Shown here one piece after another: positions 30,849-39,207 of a DNA stretch of 64,000 bases (positions are counted from its first letter, which is position 1; every line of letters starts with the position of its first letter). This DNA comes from Acidobacteriota bacterium (GTDB lineage Bacteria; Acidobacteriota; UBA6911; RPQK01; JAJDTT01), in assembly GCA_965217775.1 (NCBI GenBank), contig CBDCJH010000002.1:2944001-3008000 (forward strand), written 5' to 3'. The translations under genes and the position numbers were made by a program. Below the pieces are notes generated by a model, which was not told the origin of the DNA, did no database searches, and saw only the letters and a program-made list of their open reading frames with translations.

Positions 30849-30870
30849 GGGCGACCCTTGTGGTCGCCCG
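30845..30870 (+). repeat. GTAG-type REP; its TAG is the mlrC stop codon
   Basis: GTAGGGGCGACCCTTGTGGTCGCCCG. Confidence 0.8.
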
Positions 30871-31028
30871 TTGCCGGGCGAGGTCCATGGCCCACAAGCA
30901 ACACCGTCAGGCGGCATCCAGCGCCGGTGGAAGGTCCCGGCAACTTTCGCCCAGGCCATTGGCTACTATGCGGTTACGAGCGCCAACGCTGGAATCCCGG
31001 AATTCGTGGCGAATGCCGCGGCCTCTAG

Positions 31029-31188
31029 CAGTCCGTGGTGAAAGTCTCGCGTAGCACCGAGACCGGGGCTGCGCCCGCCGGACAAGGCGCTTCGGAGGGA
31101 GCATACCGGGAGTATGTGACCGAGTCGCAACGCAGTCCGCCGGGATGCAGACCCGGTCGAATGCCGCGACGACTTTTGCCACGGACTG
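31029..31188 (-). mobile_element. MITE copy 4
   Basis: CTAG|CAGTCCGTGGTGAAAGT ... ACTTTTGCCACGGACTG|CTAA. Confidence 0.9.
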
Positions 31189-31206
31189 CTAAGGAAGGGC
31201 GCAGGA

Positions 31207-32367
31207 ATGAACCCGCATCAACAGGACGAGCTCGCGGCCGTCAGCTCTCGTTTCGCAGTGCATGGTGAACTGGTTCGGATTCGTCCCTACGGAAACGGGC
31301 ACATCCACGACACCTACCTCGCCAGCTACCGGCATCGGGGGCAATGCAAGCGCTACGTTCATCAGCGAATCAACCAGCGGGTCTTCCGGGATCCGCCCGC
31401 CCTGATGGGAAACATTCAGCGAGTTACCCGGCATCTCAAGCACAAGCTGCGGCAGGCTGGAGTCGAGGATCTGAGCCGCTGTTCCCTGACTCTGGTACCG
31501 GCATGCGACGGCTCCAACTTTTTTCAAGACCCTGACGGAAACTACTGGCGCACCTACGACTTTGTCGAAGGCGCTTCGATCTACGACACCGTCGCCTCTC
31601 CCCGGATGGCCTACGAGGCGGCCCGCGCTTTCGGGCGCTTTCAGAACCTGCTCCTGGATCTGCCGCCCCCGCGTCTCGACGAGACCATCCCCGGCTTCCA
31701 CGATACGGAACTCCGTTACCGAAAGTTTCTCTCGGCGCTGGAGCGGGACCTGTGGAATCGAGCCCATGGCACCGGGGAAGAGATCCGATTCGCTCAGTCC
31801 TGCGAGTCGCTGATCCGGGTTCTGCCTCGCCTCCGGAATCAGGGCCGGCTGCCCGAGAGGGTCACTCACAACGACACCAAGATCAACAACGTCCTGCTGG
31901 ACGCGGCGACCGGCAAGATGCTGTGTGTCATCGATCTGGACACGGTCATGCCGGGCCTGTCCATTCATGATTTCGGAGACCTGATGCGAACCGGCTCCGG
32001 AACCCATCGGGAGGACGAGCGTGACCTCTCCAGAGTGGGTGTCGAGTTACCCCTCTTCGAAGCTCTGGCTCGAGGTTACCTTGCGGAGACCACCCACTTT
32101 CTCACCCCGACCGAACGGCGATACCTTCCCTTCTCGGGACAGCTCATCGCCTACGAGCTGGGTCTCCGCTTCCTGACGGACCATCTGGAAGGGGACGTCT
32201 ATTTCAAGATCCGCCGGGAGGGTCAGAATCTGGATCGCTGCCGGGCCCAGTTCAAACTGGTGGAATCCATCCGACAGCACCAGGAGCAGATGGTCCGGCT
32301 GGTCGAGGAGATCGCCGGCCGCGGCCCGACCAATCCGGTTCGGGACTTGGGCAGCCACCTGAATTGA
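31207..32367 (+). CDS. Aminoglycoside-phosphotransferase-fold kinase, N-acetylhexosamine 1-kinase-like
   Basis: GNGHIHDTY, QRINQRVF, ETIPGFHDT, HNDTKINNVL, IDLDTVMPG, DFGD, RFLTDHLEGDVYF. Confidence 0.85.
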   Translation: MNPHQQDELAAVSSRFAVHGELVRIRPYGNGHIHDTYLASYRHRGQCKRYVHQRINQRVFRDPPALMGNIQRVTRHLKHKLRQAGVEDLSRCSLTLVPACDGSNFFQDPDGNYWRTYDFVEGASIYDTVASPRMAYEAARAFGRFQNLLLDLPPPRLDETIPGFHDTELRYRKFLSALERDLWNRAHGTGEEIRFAQSCESLIRVLPRLRNQGRLPERVTHNDTKINNVLLDAATGKMLCVIDLDTVMPGLSIHDFGDLMRTGSGTHREDERDLSRVGVELPLFEALARGYLAETTHFLTPTERRYLPFSGQLIAYELGLRFLTDHLEGDVYFKIRREGQNLDRCRAQFKLVESIRQHQEQMVRLVEEIAGRGPTNPVRDLGSHLN

Positions 32368-32410
32368 GGAATTTGTCCGGCGGCCGGAGACGGGTCCCGA
32401 CGAGCGGGCG

Positions 32411-33505
32411 CTACTCGTAACCGAGAGCCGTGACCGGGTCCAGCTTGGCCGCCTTCCACGCCGGATAGAGAGCGCCCAGCACCGTTCCCCCCATCGAAAT
32501 CCCCACCACCGCCACTCGCCAGTAGGGCTTGATAATCACCGGCAAGGAAGGAAAATTGGCGGCAATCAGGCTGAGAACTGCCCAGGTCAGGAGGAAACCG
32601 GAGATCAGGCCCAGCACCGAGACCAGCAGGGATTCCTCGAGAAAGAGGCGGACGATATAGGACTTGGAGGCCCCCAGAGACTTGAGGATGCCGATCTCCC
32701 GGGTCCTCTCCACGATGGTGCTGTAAGTGGCCGTGAGCGTCACCAGGAAACTCATGGCCACGGCCAGTGCGACGATCACCAGGAGGAATTCGCGAAAAAC
32801 GGGTGTGGTCGAAGTGAAGAGTTGTTCCAGGTTCTCGGTAGCTGTGACCCTGTAATTCTCGAAACGGGTTTCCAGCGCCGTTCGAACCTGATCGTGGGGC
32901 TTCCCGTCCTCCGCCCGGATGAAGAAGACCGAGCACTTGCCCGGAGTTCCGTTGATCTTCTGCATGGTTTCGAGGGGGATCATGGCCCGGCCGGCGGTTC
33001 CCCTCTGGAAGATCCCGGTGATCTCGAACCGGTGCCCCAGGAGATCGACGTCCTGTCCGACCTCGATCTGATTGTTGGAGGCGTAGAGTTCGTCGACGAC
33101 GGCTTCGTCCCCCGACTCGAAAAACCGGCCTTGGACGAACCTCAGTCCGTCGTTGACTTGCTGAAAGCTGGACGCGTCCACGCCATAGACCGCGAAGAAG
33201 TTCCTGCTGACGACCTTGACCATGATCGGAGTCGAGGCCTCGATCCCATCCACCTTCTCGATGACGCGTCCGATCCTCACGTCCATGGCGCCGCTGTTGA
33301 GCGCCAGGAAAAAGGAGGCGTCCGGTGGCTGGAGCATGAAGTCGCCTCCGATGCGGCGCGTCCGTTGCGCCTGATCGAGCAACTGGCCGTAGGAGAGTCC
33401 GACGCTGACCAGAACCAGGACCACACCCAGGGAAACGGCCATGACGTTGACGCAGGTGCGGGTCGGCCGCTGGCGGAGGTTCGAGAGAATCAGGTGCCAC
33501 ATCAT
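32411..33505 (-). CDS. ABC transporter permease (MacB/FtsX family)
   Basis: NLRQRPTRT N-terminus, ERTREIGILKSLGAS, YPAWKAAKLDPVTALGYE. Confidence 0.9.
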   Translation of the reverse strand: MMWHLILSNLRQRPTRTCVNVMAVSLGVVLVLVSVGLSYGQLLDQAQRTRRIGGDFMLQPPDASFFLALNSGAMDVRIGRVIEKVDGIEASTPIMVKVVSRNFFAVYGVDASSFQQVNDGLRFVQGRFFESGDEAVVDELYASNNQIEVGQDVDLLGHRFEITGIFQRGTAGRAMIPLETMQKINGTPGKCSVFFIRAEDGKPHDQVRTALETRFENYRVTATENLEQLFTSTTPVFREFLLVIVALAVAMSFLVTLTATYSTIVERTREIGILKSLGASKSYIVRLFLEESLLVSVLGLISGFLLTWAVLSLIAANFPSLPVIIKPYWRVAVVGISMGGTVLGALYPAWKAAKLDPVTALGYE

Positions 33506-33732
33506 CGCATCGGGCCCAGTCCGCTGCCGGTCGGGGCGTTGAACTCGTTTTCCACCCGGGACAAGGCTATCTTGTCGCTTTGGAAAACTAGCATAATGTT
33601 ATTCGCTCCCCAGGCCGGGGTGCAACTCGGGACCCAGAGTGTTCGTTGACTCTGCCCCGAATCGCGCCCATCCTGATTGGCGAGACGAGGACCAGGCCCA
33701 TGACGAACCCCGATTCAGGAAAGGATCCCGCC

Positions 33733-34848
33733 ATGCCCCAACAGCCAGCCCTGCAGCTAGGGATGTTCCTCATGCCCGTGCACGATCCGGACAAACCTCT
33801 GACCCAATGCTTCGACGAGGACCTGGAACTGGTCGTGCGCTGCGAAGAGCTGGGATTTTCCGAGTTCTGGGTGGGAGAACATCATTCCTCCAGCGTGGAG
33901 AACATCGTCATGCCCGAGATCTTCATCGGCAAGGCGTTGGGAATGACTTCCCGGATCCGGATCGGACCGGCCCCGGTCTGCCTCCAATACCACCATCCGG
34001 CTCACGTCGCCTCGCGCCTGGCCTTTCTGGATCACCTGTCCCACGGGCGCCTCAATCTCTGCTTCGGTCCCGGAGCGATCCCCAGCGACATGGAGATCTA
34101 CGGCGTCGATCCGAAGCAATCCGGCGGTCTGGTTGGCGAAGCCATCGAGGCCATCCTGGGAATCTGGAGCCAGGACCCGCCCCTCGAGTTCCACGGGAAG
34201 TTCTGGGACTTCCGTCTTTCCGAAAACATCGACCCCGAAATGGGCATAGGCGTACTCCACAGACCGCTGCAGCGGCCCCACCCGCCCATCATGGTCCCCT
34301 GCATCACTCGCGACTCGATCGGCGTCCAGAAAGCGGCCGGCCGCGGTTTTCTTCCCATCAGCCACCACATGGTGTCGACGGACACCTTGCGGAACCACTG
34401 GTCGACCTACGAAACGGGAGCCCGCCAACACGGCCGCCGGGCGCGGATCGGCGACTGGAGAGTCTCCCGCAACGTGTTTGTGGCCGAAACCACCGCAGAA
34501 GCTCGCCGGCTGGCCGCCGGCAACTCCTTGGGGAAATGCATCGAATACATTCTGGAGCTGACCCGGAGGGGTCCCGGCGTGGACATCTGGAAACGGGATC
34601 CTTCCATGAGCGATGCCGATTGCAATCTGGACTATTTCCTGGACGAGGTGGTGATCGCGGGGGATCCGTCCCGGGTCACGCAGATGCTCCGGGAGTTGAG
34701 AGGCCAAGTCGGAGACTTCGGGACTCTCGTACTGACCGCTCATGACTGGGACGACAAGCAGAGCTGGATCCGGAGTCTGGAACTCCTGGCCCGGGAGGTC
34801 GTTCCTGCCCTGAATGCCGATCTTTCCGACTCGGCGTCATCGGCGTGA
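33733..34848 (+). CDS. LLM class flavin-dependent oxidoreductase
   Basis: LGMFLMPVH, EELGFSEFWVGEHH, LDHLSHGR, PLQRPHPP, SLELLAREVVP. Start ATG 33733 after AGGAAAGGA. Confidence 0.9.
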   Translation: MPQQPALQLGMFLMPVHDPDKPLTQCFDEDLELVVRCEELGFSEFWVGEHHSSSVENIVMPEIFIGKALGMTSRIRIGPAPVCLQYHHPAHVASRLAFLDHLSHGRLNLCFGPGAIPSDMEIYGVDPKQSGGLVGEAIEAILGIWSQDPPLEFHGKFWDFRLSENIDPEMGIGVLHRPLQRPHPPIMVPCITRDSIGVQKAAGRGFLPISHHMVSTDTLRNHWSTYETGARQHGRRARIGDWRVSRNVFVAETTAEARRLAAGNSLGKCIEYILELTRRGPGVDIWKRDPSMSDADCNLDYFLDEVVIAGDPSRVTQMLRELRGQVGDFGTLVLTAHDWDDKQSWIRSLELLAREVVPALNADLSDSASSA

Positions 34849-34885
34849 GAGGGTGGCGAACCGTGAAGCGAGAAAGAGGATAACC

Positions 34886-35845
34886 ATGAGATTCATCGGG
34901 CTGTTTGCGCTATGTTGGGCGATTCAGACGTCGGTCTGGCCTCAGGAGACACCCATCGGCTCCCGCTGGTGGCCTTCGGAGTGGGGCGCCGCGGATCAGC
35001 GCGGCGCCGCCAACCGGATCACCCCGGCCAAGGTCCTGGAAGCCAGCCGGCTCATCCGCACCGGCAAGATCTACTCGCTGGGTCAAGTCTACGAGGAAGG
35101 AATGCCGCTGGCGGGCAAGCGGCATTTCAAGCTCACCATCCCAGGATCTCCCACCTCGGGCGACCCCACCGGATCGAACGGGCTCGTGGGTTTCGACGAG
35201 ATGTTCAGCGGCGAGATCGGTCAGGTCGGAACCCAGTTCGACGGACTGGGCCACGTGGGCGTTCGACTGGCCGACGACGACTACTTCTACAACGGTTTCA
35301 AGCGGTCCCGGTTCGCCACTCCCTACGGGCTCCGGAAACTGGGCGTCGAGAACGTGGGCGTCTTCTTTACCCGCGGGGTCCTCATCGACGTGGCCTCGTA
35401 CAAGGGCGAGGACCGTCTGCAGCCGGGATACGTCATCACCGCAGACGACCTGCGGGGAGCTCTGACGAAACAGGGCGTGGAAGTCCGGGAAGGGGACGCG
35501 GTCCTGATCCGCACCGGACACGAGAAGCTCTGGATGCAGGACAACGACCTGTACAACTCGGGTGAGCCGGGAATCGGCATGGAGGCGGCCCGCTGGCTCA
35601 GCAGCCGGAAAACGGCCCTGACCGGGGCCGACAATTGGGCCATCGAGGTGGTCCCGCACGAGAATCCGGACCGGCCCTTCGAGGTGCATCAGTGGATGCT
35701 GGTGCGCCACGGGATCTACAACCTGGAAAATCTCACGCTGGAGGAGCTGGCGCGGGACAAGGTCTACGAGTTCGCCTTCGTCTTTTCCCCTCTCCGCCTG
35801 AAGGGAGCCACCGGATCTCCGGGAAATCCCATTGCCGTTCGCTGA
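34886..35845 (+). CDS. Cyclase / kynurenine-formamidase family protein, secreted
   Basis: Signal peptide; WGAADQRGAAN, GTQFDGLGH, TRGVLID, GDAVLIRTG, GATGSPGNPIAV. Confidence 0.88.
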   Translation: MRFIGLFALCWAIQTSVWPQETPIGSRWWPSEWGAADQRGAANRITPAKVLEASRLIRTGKIYSLGQVYEEGMPLAGKRHFKLTIPGSPTSGDPTGSNGLVGFDEMFSGEIGQVGTQFDGLGHVGVRLADDDYFYNGFKRSRFATPYGLRKLGVENVGVFFTRGVLIDVASYKGEDRLQPGYVITADDLRGALTKQGVEVREGDAVLIRTGHEKLWMQDNDLYNSGEPGIGMEAARWLSSRKTALTGADNWAIEVVPHENPDRPFEVHQWMLVRHGIYNLENLTLEELARDKVYEFAFVFSPLRLKGATGSPGNPIAVR

Positions 35846-35873
35846 TCCCGAAGACCTGAGTATGGAGGCCTCC

Positions 35874-37364
35874 ATGGACCCATCGCAGACACCCGGCGGC
35901 GACCGTCGGCAGCAGACTTTTTTCGGTCATCCCCGAGGGCTCTCGACCCTCTTCTTCACCGAGATGTGGGAGCGTTTCAGCTACTACGGCATGAGGGCTC
36001 TCCTGGTCCTGTTCATGATCGACACCGCCCGCGGAGGTATGGGCATGGGCACGGCCGAGGCAGGCGCGATCTACGGTCTGTACACCTTCGGGGTCTACGC
36101 GCTGGCCCTCCCCGGAGGATGGGTGGCGGACCGGCTCATCGGCCAGCGGCGCGCCGTCCTGGTGGGGGGGATCATCATCGCCGCCGGCCACTACGCGCTG
36201 GCGATTCCGGCCGAGGTCACGTTCTACGTGGGGTTGGGCCTGGTGGCCCTGGGCACCGGGCTGCTGAAACCGAACGTCAGCGCCATCGTCGGAGACCTCT
36301 ATGTGGGAAACGACGTGCGGCGGGACGCCGGATTCACCATTTTCTACATGGGAATCAACGTCGGAGCCTTCCTGGGGCCGGGGATCTGCTCCCTCCTGGG
36401 CGAGAAGGTGGATTGGCATCTGGGCTTCGGCGCCGCCGGCGTGGGCATGACCTTCGCCGTGCTGCAGTACGTGCTGGGACGGCGGCATCTGGCCGGGGCC
36501 GGTGAACTCAAGGGGGACGCGTCCAGTCTCCGGACGCAGGCCCGGTCTCGAGGCCAGTTCCTGAGGGGTCTGGGAGTGGTGGCCGCCGCGACACTGGTTC
36601 TCGTCGCCCTGACTTCGGCCGGGCTCCTGACGCTCACGGTGGAGGCCGTGGCCCGAACCGTCTCGCTCTCGATTTCGATTCTGGCCGTCCTCTACTTCAG
36701 CTACGTCATCCTGTTCGCCTGCAGAGACGGCCTGGAAAGGCGGAGGGTGGGTCTCATCTTCGTCCTCTTCATCGGCGCCGCCCTGTTTTGGTCCGGCTTC
36801 GAGCAGGCCGGGTCCAGCATGAACCTGTTCGCAAAGGAACACACCGACCTGATGATTTTCTCCTGGGAGTTTCCCGCCGGTTGGCTGCAGCAGGTCAATC
36901 CCCTGTTCATCGTCCTGCTGGCGCCCTTGATGGGAATGCTCTGGGTCGGCCTCGGGTCGAGGAATCCGTCGCTGGGGGTCAAGTTCGCCTTCGCGCTGGT
37001 ACTGCTGGGTGTCGGTTTTTTCGTCATGGCCTGGGGCTCCCAATACGTCGGTGCGGGCAAGGTGAGCCCCGTATGGCTGGTGACGACCTACTTCTTCCAC
37101 ACCGTGGGGGAACTCTGCCTCAGCCCGGTGGGGTTGAGCAGCATCACCAAGCTCTCGCCGGCGCGTCTCGTCGGGCAGATGATGGGAACCTGGTTCATGG
37201 GAGCCGCCCTGGGGAACCTCATCGCCGGGCTCATGGCGGGACGGCTCGAGACCATGACCGCCGAGGAGTTGTTCTTCAACGTCGCCGTCACCTCGGTCGT
37301 GGCCGGAGCCGTGTTCCTGATCTGTGCCCGGCCGATCCGGTGGTTGGCCGCCGGGGTGAAATAG
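35874..37364 (+). CDS. POT family proton-dependent di/tripeptide MFS transporter
   Basis: FFGHPRGL, EMWERFSYYGMR, GTGLLKPN, FYMGINVG, GELCLSPVG. Confidence 0.93.
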   Translation: MDPSQTPGGDRRQQTFFGHPRGLSTLFFTEMWERFSYYGMRALLVLFMIDTARGGMGMGTAEAGAIYGLYTFGVYALALPGGWVADRLIGQRRAVLVGGIIIAAGHYALAIPAEVTFYVGLGLVALGTGLLKPNVSAIVGDLYVGNDVRRDAGFTIFYMGINVGAFLGPGICSLLGEKVDWHLGFGAAGVGMTFAVLQYVLGRRHLAGAGELKGDASSLRTQARSRGQFLRGLGVVAAATLVLVALTSAGLLTLTVEAVARTVSLSISILAVLYFSYVILFACRDGLERRRVGLIFVLFIGAALFWSGFEQAGSSMNLFAKEHTDLMIFSWEFPAGWLQQVNPLFIVLLAPLMGMLWVGLGSRNPSLGVKFAFALVLLGVGFFVMAWGSQYVGAGKVSPVWLVTTYFFHTVGELCLSPVGLSSITKLSPARLVGQMMGTWFMGAALGNLIAGLMAGRLETMTAEELFFNVAVTSVVAGAVFLICARPIRWLAAGVK

Positions 37365-37391
37365 AAGGCGGCGGAGACTGAAACCGGTGGA

Positions 37392-37440
37392 TGAGTCTTC
37401 AGGGCGGCGCCCCGCTCCTACCGTTCACACAGAAGACTCA
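37392..37440. repeat. Hairpin enclosing a GTAG REP-like unit between convergent genes
   Basis: TGAGTCTTC (37392-37400) pairs with GAAGACTCA (37432-37440). Inside is minus-strand GTAGGAGCGGGGCGCCGCCCT (37401-37421). Confidence 0.55.
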
Positions 37441-37453
37441 GATCCTCGAACCG

Positions 37454-38779
37454 TCACCGTAGGTTTGGTCCCAAGACCCTGGCAATGTGGTGGTTTACAA
37501 CCTGGTGCTCGACCACGCGCGAGGAAACGCCGAACTCTACGGCCAACTCATCGATGTCCTCCGCATCCACTACGGGGAGAGACACCCGTTTCTTCAAGGC
37601 ATGCGAAGGTGCCAGGAACTCGGCTGCAAAGGCACGATTTCGCTGCTGCCGCTCGGAATATGCTCTCGTGAGCAGCCTGTCGGTGCCCGGCGGAGTGAGC
37701 ACTTCCGCCAGGGCGCGACAGAAGTGGAACCGCCAGTGATAGCCATGGAGCCTCCGAAAAGCGAAGGCCGGGTTATCTCCTTCGCCGCCGGTGATCACTC
37801 CATCGATTAGTGGGGCACCGCTGAAGACCACAGGCCGCCTCACCTTTTCAAGCGACTCCGGGTCCTCGCCGATAGCCTTTGCGATATCGGCATCGGTGGG
37901 CAGTGGATTGCCGTCCAGATCCAATTCCCGCCGTAGTCGCCGCGCCGCGTCGTAACCTGCAGCCCAAGGATTGAGCCTCGCATAACCTGCTTCCGGAAAA
38001 ATTTGTGGACGAAGGCACTTGAAACGATCCAGACTGAGCCTGTTGGACTTGGCGTCGTCGATGGCGTTGGCAATGGCAGGCGTGCTACTTGTCAGGGTCA
38101 TCGGATCAAGGGCGGCTACCGCTTCTTCCAGCACCGCCCCATTCAACACTTCGGCGAGCCAAAGCACTAGCGCGCGTCCCTCATCATCCAGGGCATAAGG
38201 ATCCCAACCCAACCCAGCTGCGGTTTCGCAGAATTCAGACTCGTCTTTGTCCCCCGTCTGAATTGCGGCCCATTCCTCCTCAAGGAATGTCCCTTCGACG
38301 CCAAGAGATGCGAGCCGTCGAATCACTCGATCGACGAGATCAGCGCAACTCTCCCGGAACTCGTTGCTGTCCGTCCAGACTTGCCCCTCTTCCAGGAATT
38401 CGACTCTGGTCCAAGTGGACAGATTGCGCTTCCAGGCCAGGAGTGTCCGGGCACCCGAGGAAACGACCTCCAAGTCGGGGAAAGCATAACCCTCCCGGCC
38501 TGACCGTAGCCCATGTCGCCGAAGGAAGGCAGGATCCGCTTCCTTGGCCGGATTTCCGTATTCATCCGTCAAGAACCACCAGTTCGTGGCCAACCACTCC
38601 GCCAACGGGTACAGAGGAACGTAAACGAAATCGCGAACTGTCTGTGCGCGTGCGTCCAGCACACGCGTAACGATCGAGTCGCCTGCGTGGATGCGCAGAG
38701 ACGCCCACGTCGCGGACAATTCGGGACCATTGATCCCTTCCGCATCCACCCAATCGATCTCGAAGCTAAGCTTCGGCAT
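37454..38779 (-). CDS. ImmA/IrrE-like protein lacking HEXXH, with uncharacterised N-terminal domain
   Basis: C-terminal WRFHFCRALAEVL...QQRNRAFAAEFLAP...LAVEFGVSSRVVEHQ follows the IrrE pattern RF..AHELGH...ANxFAAELLMP...FGVS. N-terminus GPELSATWASLRI...LYPLAEWLATNWW. Confidence 0.75.
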   Translation of the reverse strand: MPKLSFEIDWVDAEGINGPELSATWASLRIHAGDSIVTRVLDARAQTVRDFVYVPLYPLAEWLATNWWFLTDEYGNPAKEADPAFLRRHGLRSGREGYAFPDLEVVSSGARTLLAWKRNLSTWTRVEFLEEGQVWTDSNEFRESCADLVDRVIRRLASLGVEGTFLEEEWAAIQTGDKDESEFCETAAGLGWDPYALDDEGRALVLWLAEVLNGAVLEEAVAALDPMTLTSSTPAIANAIDDAKSNRLSLDRFKCLRPQIFPEAGYARLNPWAAGYDAARRLRRELDLDGNPLPTDADIAKAIGEDPESLEKVRRPVVFSGAPLIDGVITGGEGDNPAFAFRRLHGYHWRFHFCRALAEVLTPPGTDRLLTRAYSERQQRNRAFAAEFLAPSHALKKRVSLPVVDAEDIDELAVEFGVSSRVVEHQVVNHHIARVLGPNLR

Positions 38780-38900
38780 ATAGAGCCTCAATACCCTCCG
38801 GCCATTCGTCCTCTTCGAGCGGATACCCTTTGTACGAACCGTTCCCCCGGTTCACCAGCCGACCTTCAAAAACCGTCCCGCCATCCTTGTACCAAACATA
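38766..38900 (-). pseudogene. 5'-truncated small protein with YKGYP motif, upstream partner of the IrrE-like gene
   Basis: YVWYKDGGTVFEGRLVNRGNGSYKGYPLEEDEWPEGIEALYAEA*. It overlaps the IrrE-like start by 14 bp. No in-frame ATG/GTG/TTG lies between the upstream TGA (39003-39005) and this segment. Confidence 0.65.
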
Positions 38901-38995
38901 GGGAGAGAGGGAGTGTCGGTGCGGGCACGGGGGTCGCGGGCTTTCCGCGACCTGTAGCCAGCCCTTCCATCCGCTCCAAAACCGAATCCCGGTAT

Positions 38996-39142
38996 TTAGG
39001 CCTCACGGTCCCGGTATTTGGAACGGCGGTAGGTGGCGGGTTTCATCCGCACCTTGCCGCACTTGGGGCAGCACCACTTCTCCTGCTTGTGGGCGCGATG
39101 GGCGGCGACCTTCATCTTGGTGCGGCAGCGTGAACAGGTCAT
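38996..39142 (-). CDS. 48-aa basic zinc-ribbon microprotein
   Basis: MTCSRCRTKMKVAAHRAHKQEKWCCPKCGKVRMKPATYRRSKYRDREA*; CxxC...CPKCG; RBS GGGGAAAG; below the ORF-track cutoff. Confidence 0.7.
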   Translation of the reverse strand: MTCSRCRTKMKVAAHRAHKQEKWCCPKCGKVRMKPATYRRSKYRDREA

Positions 39143-39207
39143 ACTTTCCCCATATTCTGTCGAAAACCGCTCGCTTCAGCGCGCATTTTTCGGTGGGACG
39201 AACACCC

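Noticed and set aside
31207-32367. Aminoglycoside resistance gene
   Set aside because: Motifs match the N-acetylhexosamine-kinase-like subfamily rather than resistance APH enzymes.
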